DNA of 38,659 nucleotides from Candidatus Woesearchaeota archaeon (lineage in GTDB: Archaea > Nanobdellota > Nanobdellia > Pacearchaeales > GW2011-AR1), in the NCBI GenBank assembly GCA_964530955.1, contig CAZHCL010000008.1:1-38659 (forward strand), written 5' to 3'. The position numbers were made by a program, and so were the translations under genes. The notes beneath the pieces are model-generated. The model was not told where the DNA came from. It did no database searches and saw nothing but the letters and a program-made list of their open reading frames with translations. Of this stretch, positions 8,807-16,470 are shown one piece after another. Within the stretch, counting starts at the first letter, position 1; the number at the start of each line of letters is the position of its first letter.

Positions 8807-8815
8807 TTTTTATTT
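8807..8815 (+). terminator. putative oligo-T terminator after R1
   Basis: TTTTTATTT, the same 9-mer that follows tRNA-Asp; overlaps the stop codon of the opposite-strand gene. Confidence 0.4.
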
Positions 8816-9397
8816 GAATTTTCTAGATTTAGAAATGCACATTTTGCAAGCTTTGAATTTCTTACTCGTAAAGAATTTCTTGCTATTGTTGCTTACCTTG
8901 TACTTTCTCTTTATTAATTTGCCAAATCTACATGATCTTAAATGATAAGTCTTTGTTTCTGTAGAGCCTAAAAACTTGTATTTTGGAATGTTGAGTTTCT
9001 TTCTTTTTCTTTCAATATAAACGGGCTTTATAACTTCTCTATATTCGGGAACTGGTACATTTCTGACAATTTCTCTTATAACTGGCACTTCTTTAACTAC
9101 TGGTCTATCAAGATATATTTCTCTATAAACTGGGTTTTCAACAGTCTCAATTATCTTCTGTGTTACTTCTCTTAAAGACTTAGGTTCAAGTAAGAAGAAT
9201 AAAAATATCGCATAACATACTAGCGTAATTAAAGCAACCAAGATCTTCTGTATAAGGTCAAAAGAAAATAGAAAAAGAATTAGTATAAATCCCGATATTA
9301 ATAAACAACTCATTAATACCGCAATTGCTAGATTTTCTCCTTTGAATGATTTATACTCTCTTATTTCAGGCTCTAGATATCTTATGTTGTTATTCAT
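8810..9397 (-). CDS. membrane-anchored protein with V/I-E/K-V-P-V repeats and a C-terminal Ada-like Zn-binding domain
   Basis: Two TM helices; PVVKEVPVIREIVRNVPVPEYREVIKPVYI; FLGS..TKTYH..SC...I...........F.ACKMC. Confidence 0.7.
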   Translation of the reverse strand: MNNNIRYLEPEIREYKSFKGENLAIAVLMSCLLISGFILILFLFSFDLIQKILVALITLVCYAIFLFFLLEPKSLREVTQKIIETVENPVYREIYLDRPVVKEVPVIREIVRNVPVPEYREVIKPVYIERKRKKLNIPKYKFLGSTETKTYHLRSCRFGKLIKRKYKVSNNSKKFFTSKKFKACKMCISKSRKFK

Positions 9398-9546
9398 AAA
9401 ATACCTATATAAATGGTATACTTAAACCCTTGTATTTGTTACCACTAATAAGTTATTACTGCATATAGCTGGATTAGGATATGAAGCGCTAAATCCCACT
9501 GACTTTTCTAATAAGATTATATGAATAATAATCCGATAAATAAAGA

Positions 9547-9554
9547 TTTAAAAA
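9547..9554 (+). promoter_or_regulatory. putative TATA box of repeat copy R2
   Basis: TTTAAAAA (same box as the rpoH, rps12 and rpl35ae promoters); 23 nt to G9578. Confidence 0.6.
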
Positions 9555-9575
9555 CCACAAAAGTAACTTAATTTG

Positions 9576-9625
9576 AAGCTCGCGTAGTTTAGTGGCAATA
9601 AACGATAATAAATGTACGAATATAA
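9576..9625 (+). repeat. R2: second copy of the 50-bp tRNA-5'-like repeat; putative ncRNA
   Basis: Identical to 8746-8795. Confidence 0.9.
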
Positions 9626-9634
9626 ATAAATTGA

Positions 9635-10471
9635 TTAATCCGTCTCAACTATACTCTCTTTATCATTTACATCAACTATAGCATTTCTCACGATAGGGAA
9701 AGGACTCTTAAACAATTGGTCTGACTGGTATTTTACCCTAACAGCAACTCTAAATCTCTTACTTTCTCCTTTGTTTGTGACAAATCCTAAAAACTCATCT
9801 CTATCGTTTCTGTTCTCAGATAAACTAAACCTCTTTTTGATATATTCAGTAAAGTCTATATTTTTTTGTTCATTTAAAGATAAATAATGTATTTCTTTTT
9901 CCTGTACATTCAATGTGCTATCTTTTAATCTTTTTAAGAATTTTTTACCTCTTTCTCTAAGTGGCAAGAGTTCTTTTAGTTCCATTTCGACTTCCAACCG
10001 CTTTATAGGATAACTTCCCACATTTTTTACATATATACTAAGGTCTTGATTAATTCTCACATCTAATACCGAAAGTCTAGAAAGCAAAGTAGATTTTTGA
10101 TAGATGAAAACACTCCAGATAGTAGCACTAGCTAAAACAATAGTAAAGATAGCAACAATAGATTGGTCTGTTAGTTGCAAAGGAATAAATGGGGTGGGTA
10201 TCTTAAATAACCAAAGAAAAACTATTCCTATGAGAGTTAAAATAACTACCATATATAAGATTGATAAAATAATTTTAGACATCTCATCCTCAAAACCAAT
10301 ACCTAAAATAAAAATAGATAAATAAAATAGAAAAAAGATAGTATTTAAATTAATAGATATATGAAATGCTGATATAATTATCATTAGCAAAAATATTATA
10401 GCAATAGATAACATTCTCCTTGTTTTTTTATTCAAACCAAACATTTTTTTTCTTTCTGATTCCATAATCAT
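9635..10471 (-). CDS. hypothetical membrane protein (about 4 TM plus a beta-rich soluble domain)
   Basis: Start reassigned to ATG 10471 (GGGGT SD-like motif 9 nt upstream) because the ORF track's extension runs through tRNA-Asp; YVKNVGSYP Ig-like strand pattern. Confidence 0.7.
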   Translation of the reverse strand: MIMESERKKMFGLNKKTRRMLSIAIIFLLMIIISAFHISINLNTIFFLFYLSIFILGIGFEDEMSKIILSILYMVVILTLIGIVFLWLFKIPTPFIPLQLTDQSIVAIFTIVLASATIWSVFIYQKSTLLSRLSVLDVRINQDLSIYVKNVGSYPIKRLEVEMELKELLPLRERGKKFLKRLKDSTLNVQEKEIHYLSLNEQKNIDFTEYIKKRFSLSENRNDRDEFLGFVTNKGESKRFRVAVRVKYQSDQLFKSPFPIVRNAIVDVNDKESIVETD

Positions 10472-10485
10472 AATCTTATAACCCC

Positions 10486-10494
10486 AAATAAAAA
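10486..10494 (-). terminator. oligo-T terminator after tRNA-Asp
   Basis: TTTTTATTT 1 nt after the discriminator. Confidence 0.55.
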
Positions 10495-10495
10495 G

Positions 10496-10566
10496 CGCCC
10501 GCTGCGGGAATCGGACCCGCGACTCAACCGCGACAGGGTCGTGTTTTACCACTAAACTAAGCGAGC
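10496..10566 (-). tRNA. tRNA-Asp (anticodon GTC), no intron, CCA not encoded
   Basis: GCTCGCT TA GTTT AGTGGTA AAAC A CGACC CT-GTC-GC GGTTG AGTC GCGGG TCCGATT CCCGC AGCGGGC G; G73 discriminator. Confidence 0.95.
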
Positions 10567-10591
10567 TACTGAAATTATGTTATTTTTATGG

Positions 10592-10599
10592 TTTTTAAA
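10592..10599 (-). promoter_or_regulatory. TATA box of tRNA-Asp
   Basis: TTTAAAAA, 25 nt upstream of tRNA G1. Confidence 0.65.
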
Positions 10600-10684
10600 T
10601 CTTGTTTTATTTATAGTTAGCTACATCCTACATAAGAAATTCTAGTAAATATCTATTTGAAATCACAACAAATAATATAAGCCA

Positions 10685-11291
10685 TTGAAATTAACAGATT
10701 TTATGAGAATTGAAGATATTTTGATAAGAAAAGAAGAAGTACCAATAATTCTAGACACAAACTTTGAGATACCGATACATCCTTTATTGCTGCAGCCTGG
10801 AAGCAGAATAAATCCTAAATTGGCAAACAGCTTGTTTGAGAAAGCTGCTCAGGAATGGTACGAAGACCTTCTTGCTTATTCAAGTGCTATGCCAGAATCA
10901 CAAAATAAAGAAAAAGAATGGATTAAATCTATTTTTCTAAAATCAAACGGTAAAATAGAGAATGTTCATAGGGTTCAAAGAGTAAAAGAAGTAGGTTGGG
11001 AGGATACTGTTGGGACTGATGAGAATGGTTTTGCTTCACATCTATCAATAAGTAGAAATGGGGGATCTTAACTGTGAATGTTATTTAGTTCCTAACTCAA
11101 GATTAATAAGATTTTCAGCAGATAAGATAAAGGAATTCACTATGAATCCAGAAAAATATGCAGAAATAAAAAGAGGAGCCAAAGCATATATTTATGCTAA
11201 ACACAATATAGATCATTTGCCTGGAGCTATTTTTCTGAGAAATTGGTCCCTATTATATGTCAATGAGGCGCTTAAGCAGGTGCTAAGATAG
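10685..11291 (+). pseudogene. hypothetical gene of about 200 aa, probably split by a frameshift at a G5 run (ORFs 10685-11071 and 11058-11291)
   Basis: Removing one G from 11060-11064 fuses the ORFs (…SISRNGDLNCECYLVP…); the alternative is two overlapping small genes. Confidence 0.5.
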
Positions 11292-11301
11292 AAATATCTG
11301 C

Positions 11302-12330
11302 TCAGTATCTCAGCATCTCTTTCTTTTCAACAAAGTATTTCATCAGTGATGGAATCAAACCAGTTAGGACAAATTTTCCAGAGACAAAAATACCATGATA
11401 TTTTCCTAAACTTATAATCAGCGGAGTCTGCGCAGGTGAAAATTCTTTTAGTTTAGTATTATTCTCCATGGCTTTAATGTTATTAATAACAATCTTTGCC
11501 TGATTCTTAGCATTTTGGGCAGTCTTTTCCATACTGATGTTGTTAATATCTCCAGCAGCAAAAACATTTCTGAATCCTTCAACCTGAAGAAAGCCATTAA
11601 CTTTAACCTGCTTTCTTTCATTTAATGACTTTGGAAAGTTGTTCTTTAAAAATTCATAATTTTGTATTATTCCTGTACAGACAAAAACCATATCTGCCTT
11701 TATCCTGTTTCCCTTGTCTGTTTTTACCTCTAGTTTAGAATTTTTAACAGCCATTTCACCATAAATTATTTTTACATCTCTAGAAGTAAGGAAATTATGG
11801 GCATACACTGATGCTCTTTCAGGATTTCTTTCTATGAGCCGATTAGCAGAATGTATTATTGTAATTTCCTTATCATTCTGCATCTTGCAAAGTTCACCAG
11901 CCAGTTCAGTTCCGACCATTCCTCCTCCAATAATAGCTATGCTTTTGGCTTTGCTCACTGCTTTATGATGTTTGAATAAATGATCTGCTCTTGCGACAGA
12001 AACAACATTTGATTCCTTGAAAGGTATGTTATATCTTGAACCTGAGGCAATTACAAGATAATCATAAGATATTTTATTATCTTTTACTTTGACATATTTA
12101 TCAGTAACATCCTTAGCTTCACCTAAGACTAGTTTTGTTCTTCTTAGGTAATCCTTATGCAAAACTTGCAGCTTTTTGATATGTTCTGGCTCGATAATAG
12201 TTCTTATTATTCCAGGGGTAAATTCAAAATAATCCTTATTATCAATCAAAGTAACATCAAATTCCCTCTCAAGAGCTCTAGCAATCTTACTTCCAGCAAA
12301 TCCTCCGCCGATTATTACAACTTTTTTCAT
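11302..12330 (-). CDS. FAD-dependent NAD(P)H oxidoreductase, AIFM2/FSP1- or NDH-2-like
   Basis: VVIIGGGFAG, YDYLVIASGS, IAIIGGGMVGTELAGE, NVFAAGD; lacks the long membrane-anchoring tail of NDH-2. Confidence 0.85.
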   Translation of the reverse strand: MKKVVIIGGGFAGSKIARALEREFDVTLIDNKDYFEFTPGIIRTIIEPEHIKKLQVLHKDYLRRTKLVLGEAKDVTDKYVKVKDNKISYDYLVIASGSRYNIPFKESNVVSVARADHLFKHHKAVSKAKSIAIIGGGMVGTELAGELCKMQNDKEITIIHSANRLIERNPERASVYAHNFLTSRDVKIIYGEMAVKNSKLEVKTDKGNRIKADMVFVCTGIIQNYEFLKNNFPKSLNERKQVKVNGFLQVEGFRNVFAAGDINNISMEKTAQNAKNQAKIVINNIKAMENNTKLKEFSPAQTPLIISLGKYHGIFVSGKFVLTGLIPSLMKYFVEKKEMLRY

Positions 12331-12340
12331 ATTTTACTCT

Positions 12341-12694
12341 CTAATCCTCAGCGTCAAAGATAATTGAAACTGCAAAGATTAAGATTGCTATATCTCTTAC
12401 CAAAAGGTCAGAAAATCCTGATGAGATGAATAATGAAACGCAAATATCTAACATAACTAACGAAGCAAATATTCCAGCTATTCTCCTCTTAAATCCAGTA
12501 ATAAGCCAGATAGCGATAATGCTCAGGACAACCCCATGAATTCTTACAAGTAATGGCGCAAGGCTTGTGCTAACAAAAGAAGGAACAAATCCTGCCCAGT
12601 ATCCGGGATTTATTATTTCCCATACTCCAAATACAATAAACACAAAGAAGACGCTAAAGGAAGCAATCTGTCTGCTTAGTTTTTTCATGTTCAT
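12341..12694 (-). CDS. DoxX-family membrane protein
   Basis: Four TM helices, P..W..FVP loop and C-terminal VRDIAIL motif. Confidence 0.65.
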   Translation of the reverse strand: MNMKKLSRQIASFSVFFVFIVFGVWEIINPGYWAGFVPSFVSTSLAPLLVRIHGVVLSIIAIWLITGFKRRIAGIFASLVMLDICVSLFISSGFSDLLVRDIAILIFAVSIIFDAED

Positions 12695-12744
12695 TCAATT
12701 CGTAAAATAAAGTTGTTTAAATAGCTTATGAAATTAGGTTCCAA

Positions 12745-13362
12745 TTATCTTGTAATTATGCCAGAAATAATCTTTCTTTTTAGCTCAGGCTTGTTAGTAA
12801 TGGGCGTACTTGTCTTCATTTTAATGTTAGACTCTGAAAACTCACTAAAAAGACTTCTTAATTCTTCAATGCTAAAGAAATGGCAATTAAGGCCATCTTT
12901 TTTCTCTATAGTATTCTCAGCAATAAACTTACCTTTATCATTTTGCCTGAAATCTCCTACCACAAAATCCTCAAATAAAATCTTACCCGCAGGGTTAAGC
13001 AGGTAATGCATTTTTTCAACCGCTTTTTTTCTATCTTCCTCAGATAAATTGTTCAAAACATAATAGCAAACAATAATATCAAAACTTTCTCTTGGAAAAT
13101 CAATAGAATTAATATCCTCTTCAATGAATTCAACGCCATTTGGAAATAGTTTTTTAGATATTTTTATTGCTTCAGAGGAGATATCGATTGCAACAATCTT
13201 TTTTGGTTTCTGTCTTACTATTGATTTTAATGTCTTTCCGTTTCCAACCCCTATTTCAAGAACAATTTTATCTTTCATTATCTTTGGAAGGTTCAATGTT
13301 TCCTTGTTCCATTTTGCAGAATTTCTGTAAATTTCATTCCAAATTTCTTTTTGGTCTTTCAT
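12745..13362 (-). CDS. class I SAM-dependent methyltransferase
   Basis: VLEIGVGNGK, AIDIS, FDIIV, LNPAGKILF motifs. Confidence 0.88.
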   Translation of the reverse strand: MKDQKEIWNEIYRNSAKWNKETLNLPKIMKDKIVLEIGVGNGKTLKSIVRQKPKKIVAIDISSEAIKISKKLFPNGVEFIEEDINSIDFPRESFDIIVCYYVLNNLSEEDRKKAVEKMHYLLNPAGKILFEDFVVGDFRQNDKGKFIAENTIEKKDGLNCHFFSIEELRSLFSEFSESNIKMKTSTPITNKPELKRKIISGIITR

Positions 13363-13721
13363 TCTGAATACTCCCAGAAGTTAAGCTTACCTTTGCATGG
13401 AATTTCCTTCATTCTCTGTGCATTTTCAAGCACAAAACCGTATGAACCCCATTCTTCGCTTGCAAGATGCAAGTCTTTATCTTTCTCAAATTCTTCCTTG
13501 CTTTCATAATGTTTAACTTCTTTTAAGAAAGCTTTTCCAACAATGCATCCAGTTGGAAGTTCTTTAAATCCAAACTTTTCCATTGATTTTTTATCTGGAT
13601 TTTTAGAGGCATGCACAAGAAATTCTCCCCTGAAGTTAGTATTCCATTTTCTAAGTTCTATTTTTTTCCTGCCAGAAACAACCAACTCAGCAAAAGGTTG
13701 TTTCAAAGAAAGAGCTTTCAT
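13359..13721 (-). CDS. ASCH domain protein (ASC-1-like subfamily)
   Basis: MKALSLKQPFAELVVSGRKKIELR (GxKxxExR), RGEFLVHAS, PCKGKLNFW. Confidence 0.9.
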   Translation of the reverse strand: MKALSLKQPFAELVVSGRKKIELRKWNTNFRGEFLVHASKNPDKKSMEKFGFKELPTGCIVGKAFLKEVKHYESKEEFEKDKDLHLASEEWGSYGFVLENAQRMKEIPCKGKLNFWEYSE

Positions 13722-14353
13722 TTTGCTATTCTCTTGAGTTCAGCCAATGCTTTTTTTGGATTTTCAGAATCAGAAACAAAACTACCAGTATTCAGAATAT
13801 TTGCTCCAGAAACATAAAGTCTACTTGCGTTTGAAGGATTTACTCCACCATCAATCTGGATATCTAATTTATCATCGATTTTTCTTATCTCCCTAACTTT
13901 AGAAAAAGTTGAATTAATTAATTTTTGATGTTCTCGACCAGGATGAACACCCATTAACAAAATACCATCTACCAACTGGAATAAATAGCATGATTCTTCA
14001 ATTTTATCCTCGGGATTCAATGCAAGAAAAACTTTCATTTTGTTCTTTCTTGCTTCAGCAATCACTTTAACATTATCATCAGCATTGATGTGAAATATTA
14101 TTTTCTTGAAACCTTTGTTTTTTAATGATTTTATGTATTTTGAAGGATTTTTTACCATTAAATGCGCTTCAAAGCTATTTCTGTATTTTTTTAAGCTCGG
14201 AATCTGCTGGAGGGAAACGGATTTAGCTGGAACAAACTTTCCATCCATAATATCTATTTGAAGACTATTAGCTATTTTTGTCAGTTTAGAAAGCCTTTCA
14301 TAAAATTCTCTCTTATTATGCGAAAAAACTGTAGGTATTATCCGGCATTTCAT
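13718..14353 (-). CDS. rpe: ribulose-phosphate 3-epimerase
   Basis: QIDIMDGKFVP, EAHLMV, LMGVHPG, IQIDGGVN; start set at MKCRIIP just after the rpiB stop. Confidence 0.88.
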   Translation of the reverse strand: MKCRIIPTVFSHNKREFYERLSKLTKIANSLQIDIMDGKFVPAKSVSLQQIPSLKKYRNSFEAHLMVKNPSKYIKSLKNKGFKKIIFHINADDNVKVIAEARKNKMKVFLALNPEDKIEESCYLFQLVDGILLMGVHPGREHQKLINSTFSKVREIRKIDDKLDIQIDGGVNPSNASRLYVSGANILNTGSFVSDSENPKKALAELKRIAK

Positions 14354-14357
14354 TTTA

Positions 14358-14822
14358 TTAGGCCTTTTGTGAATTTTCAAAGTGAGTTATTTCTTTTATT
14401 CTTCTTTCATGTCTTTTAGCTTTGCTAAATTCAGTATTTAACCAAGCGGTAATTATCTTCTTTATCTTTTCAATACTCAAAGTCCTTGCACCAAGGGCAA
14501 GCACGTTAGAATCATTATGTTCTCTGCTTAACTTAGCAGAAAGCAGGTCATAGGCCTCAACAGCTCTTATTCCCTTAACTTTATCCGCTGCAATAGCCAT
14601 TCCTTCGCCTGTTCCGCAGAGGAGTATCCCTTTGGATTTTTTATCCTTTGCAACTTTTTTTGCAACCTTGAAAGCAATATCGGGGTAATCATCTTTAGAG
14701 TCATAAGTTAAATATCCCAAATCTTCATAATCTATATTCTTGCTTTCAAAATATTTCTTTATTTTTTCTTTTGCTTCAAATCCTGCATGGTCTGCTCCGA
14801 GAAAAATCTTTTCTTTTTTCAT
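14358..14822 (-). CDS. rpiB: ribose-5-phosphate isomerase B
   Basis: GADHAGF, DDYPD, CGTGEGM.IAA.KVKGIR, EHNDSNVL, RHERRI. Confidence 0.92.
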   Translation of the reverse strand: MKKEKIFLGADHAGFEAKEKIKKYFESKNIDYEDLGYLTYDSKDDYPDIAFKVAKKVAKDKKSKGILLCGTGEGMAIAADKVKGIRAVEAYDLLSAKLSREHNDSNVLALGARTLSIEKIKKIITAWLNTEFSKAKRHERRIKEITHFENSQKA

Positions 14823-14867
14823 AGTCAAATAAAGGAATTATTGTTTTTAATGGTTTTGATTATTATA

Positions 14868-15263
14868 TTAAATACTATACAATGCCTTTAGTTTTAGATT
14901 TTCAACTTTTCTTCTGTCTAACACCACAAAGATATCTTTTGGCTCTTTACCTATTATAGAAATGGCTTCTTTCAGACTGCCTTCAGTGGTGCAAACATCA
15001 TCTATGAGGAAATAATCTCCTTCAATCTTGCCTTTCAATTCATGGTCTTTTATCATGGCAAATGGTTTGAAATGACTTGCAATTATTGCTCCAGCAGTGG
15101 CTATTCCAACATAGGTAACATTATCTTTAGGAATGAACGAAATTATCTTGCTTAGCTGCTCTGAATCAGTCAACAGAGAATTAACATCATAGAAAGTATT
15201 TGTTTCCAAGCCAGAATGCAACTTGAATTTTCCCTTTTTTATGAAATTTTCAGGGAAATCCAT
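14868..15263 (-). CDS. minimal type I phosphoribosyltransferase (orotate PRTase-like)
   Basis: F.LHSG....FYD hood and LIDDVCTTEGSL PRPP-binding motif; only 131 aa. Confidence 0.75.
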   Translation of the reverse strand: MDFPENFIKKGKFKLHSGLETNTFYDVNSLLTDSEQLSKIISFIPKDNVTYVGIATAGAIIASHFKPFAMIKDHELKGKIEGDYFLIDDVCTTEGSLKEAISIIGKEPKDIFVVLDRRKVENLKLKALYSI

Positions 15264-15265
15264 AT

Positions 15266-15910
15266 TTAAAGAATGCCCTGTACTTCTTTCAGAAACTTTT
15301 CAGGTGTTTGCGAGTTAGCAACAACGCTCGAGACTAAAACTCCCTTACAGCCAAGCAGAAGCGCATGAGCAACATCTTCTCCACTAGATATTCCTGCTCC
15401 GCATAGAGGAATTATACTTGAATCCTTAAGCAACTCAGCGAATTTCTTTATGTCATGCTGTCTATGTTCAGTAATGCTCTTTCCAGTTGCAATTAATTTT
15501 TTATCTTCAAAAGCCATAGCATAAGGATTTAGTTTTTTAATTTGAATTGCCTCTCTTAGTGATGAACAACATACGATAATTTTCAAGCCAGCTTCATTGC
15601 ATCTTTTCATTGTCTTTCTTATCTCAGTCATTGAAATCTTATGTTCAGAATGATTAAGCAAAGAGCCTACAACACCAGCGTTTATGAGGCTTTCAGGTAC
15701 AACAAAGCCAGTCCCTTTGCCTTTCTCATTATAGTCAACGTGCTGTGCGTAAACCTGCATATTAGGACCAACATTCTTTACACAATCAGAAAGTTCTATA
15801 GCGGGAACTGCGATTATCGCCTTATTATAATATATCTCGATTTTCTTTACAAAATCAAATACCTCTTTTCCAATCTTATAATTTTTTAAGTTTATTATAA
15901 TCATTCTCAC
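15266..15910 (-). CDS. tpiA: triosephosphate isomerase, archaeal type
   Basis: INLKNY, YAQHVD, LLNHSE, AFE catalytic Glu, LCGAGIS, GVLVSS. Confidence 0.9.
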   Translation of the reverse strand: MRMIIINLKNYKIGKEVFDFVKKIEIYYNKAIIAVPAIELSDCVKNVGPNMQVYAQHVDYNEKGKGTGFVVPESLINAGVVGSLLNHSEHKISMTEIRKTMKRCNEAGLKIIVCCSSLREAIQIKKLNPYAMAFEDKKLIATGKSITEHRQHDIKKFAELLKDSSIIPLCGAGISSGEDVAHALLLGCKGVLVSSVVANSQTPEKFLKEVQGIL

Positions 15911-15994
15911 CTTCCTTAGTATAAAGTAATAAGAATTTAGGGCTTATTAATTTAATGTTTTGGCTTTTGCCTGTTAGTCATTAAAATTAAATTA

Positions 15995-16423
15995 TTAGGA
16001 TACTCTTGTTTCATCATCTCTTGGGTGCCTTAAAGATCTTCCAAACTCATAAAGCCCAGAGGCAAGATTTGTAGTTACAAATGTAGCAAAAGTGGATATT
16101 GCTGGAGTATAGTCTTTGTTTATGAAGTGATTATAATCATATCCTGCAATATACGCACCTACCGCCAATGCAAAGGCAGCTCCAAAATAAGTTCCCAGGA
16201 CAGCTCCATCTCTGAAACTCACATCTCCCTCAGAAATTATCCTATGAGTTCTTTCCCTAGGTATCTTCAATATGCCGCCCAATTCGTTGCTTTTTATTCT
16301 TCTTACAAATGTTGGAATTCTTAAGGGCGAAACAAGAGAGGAGTAAAGTGTTTTTCCAGCACATTCTGTAAAAACTCCTGTATCACTGTCCCAAATCTTC
16401 TGCTCAATAGTTTTTTCTTTCAT
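15995..16423 (-). CDS. hypothetical membrane protein
   Basis: Two hydrophobic segments and a TNLASGLYE motif; no function inferred. Confidence 0.7.
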   Translation of the reverse strand: MKEKTIEQKIWDSDTGVFTECAGKTLYSSLVSPLRIPTFVRRIKSNELGGILKIPRERTHRIISEGDVSFRDGAVLGTYFGAAFALAVGAYIAGYDYNHFINKDYTPAISTFATFVTTNLASGLYEFGRSLRHPRDDETRVS

Positions 16424-16470
16424 TTTATTTTTTAAAAGATATTGTTTATAAGCTTTTCTGTGAAAAAGAA

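Noticed and set aside
8746-9625. R1/R2 as a CRISPR array
   Set aside because: Only two copies, 50 bp long, separated by 780 bp containing a gene; no cas genes in the window.
10472-10552. N-terminal extension of ORF 9635..10552
   Set aside because: It is the reading frame through tRNA-Asp; an SD-like GGGGT supports the start at 10471.
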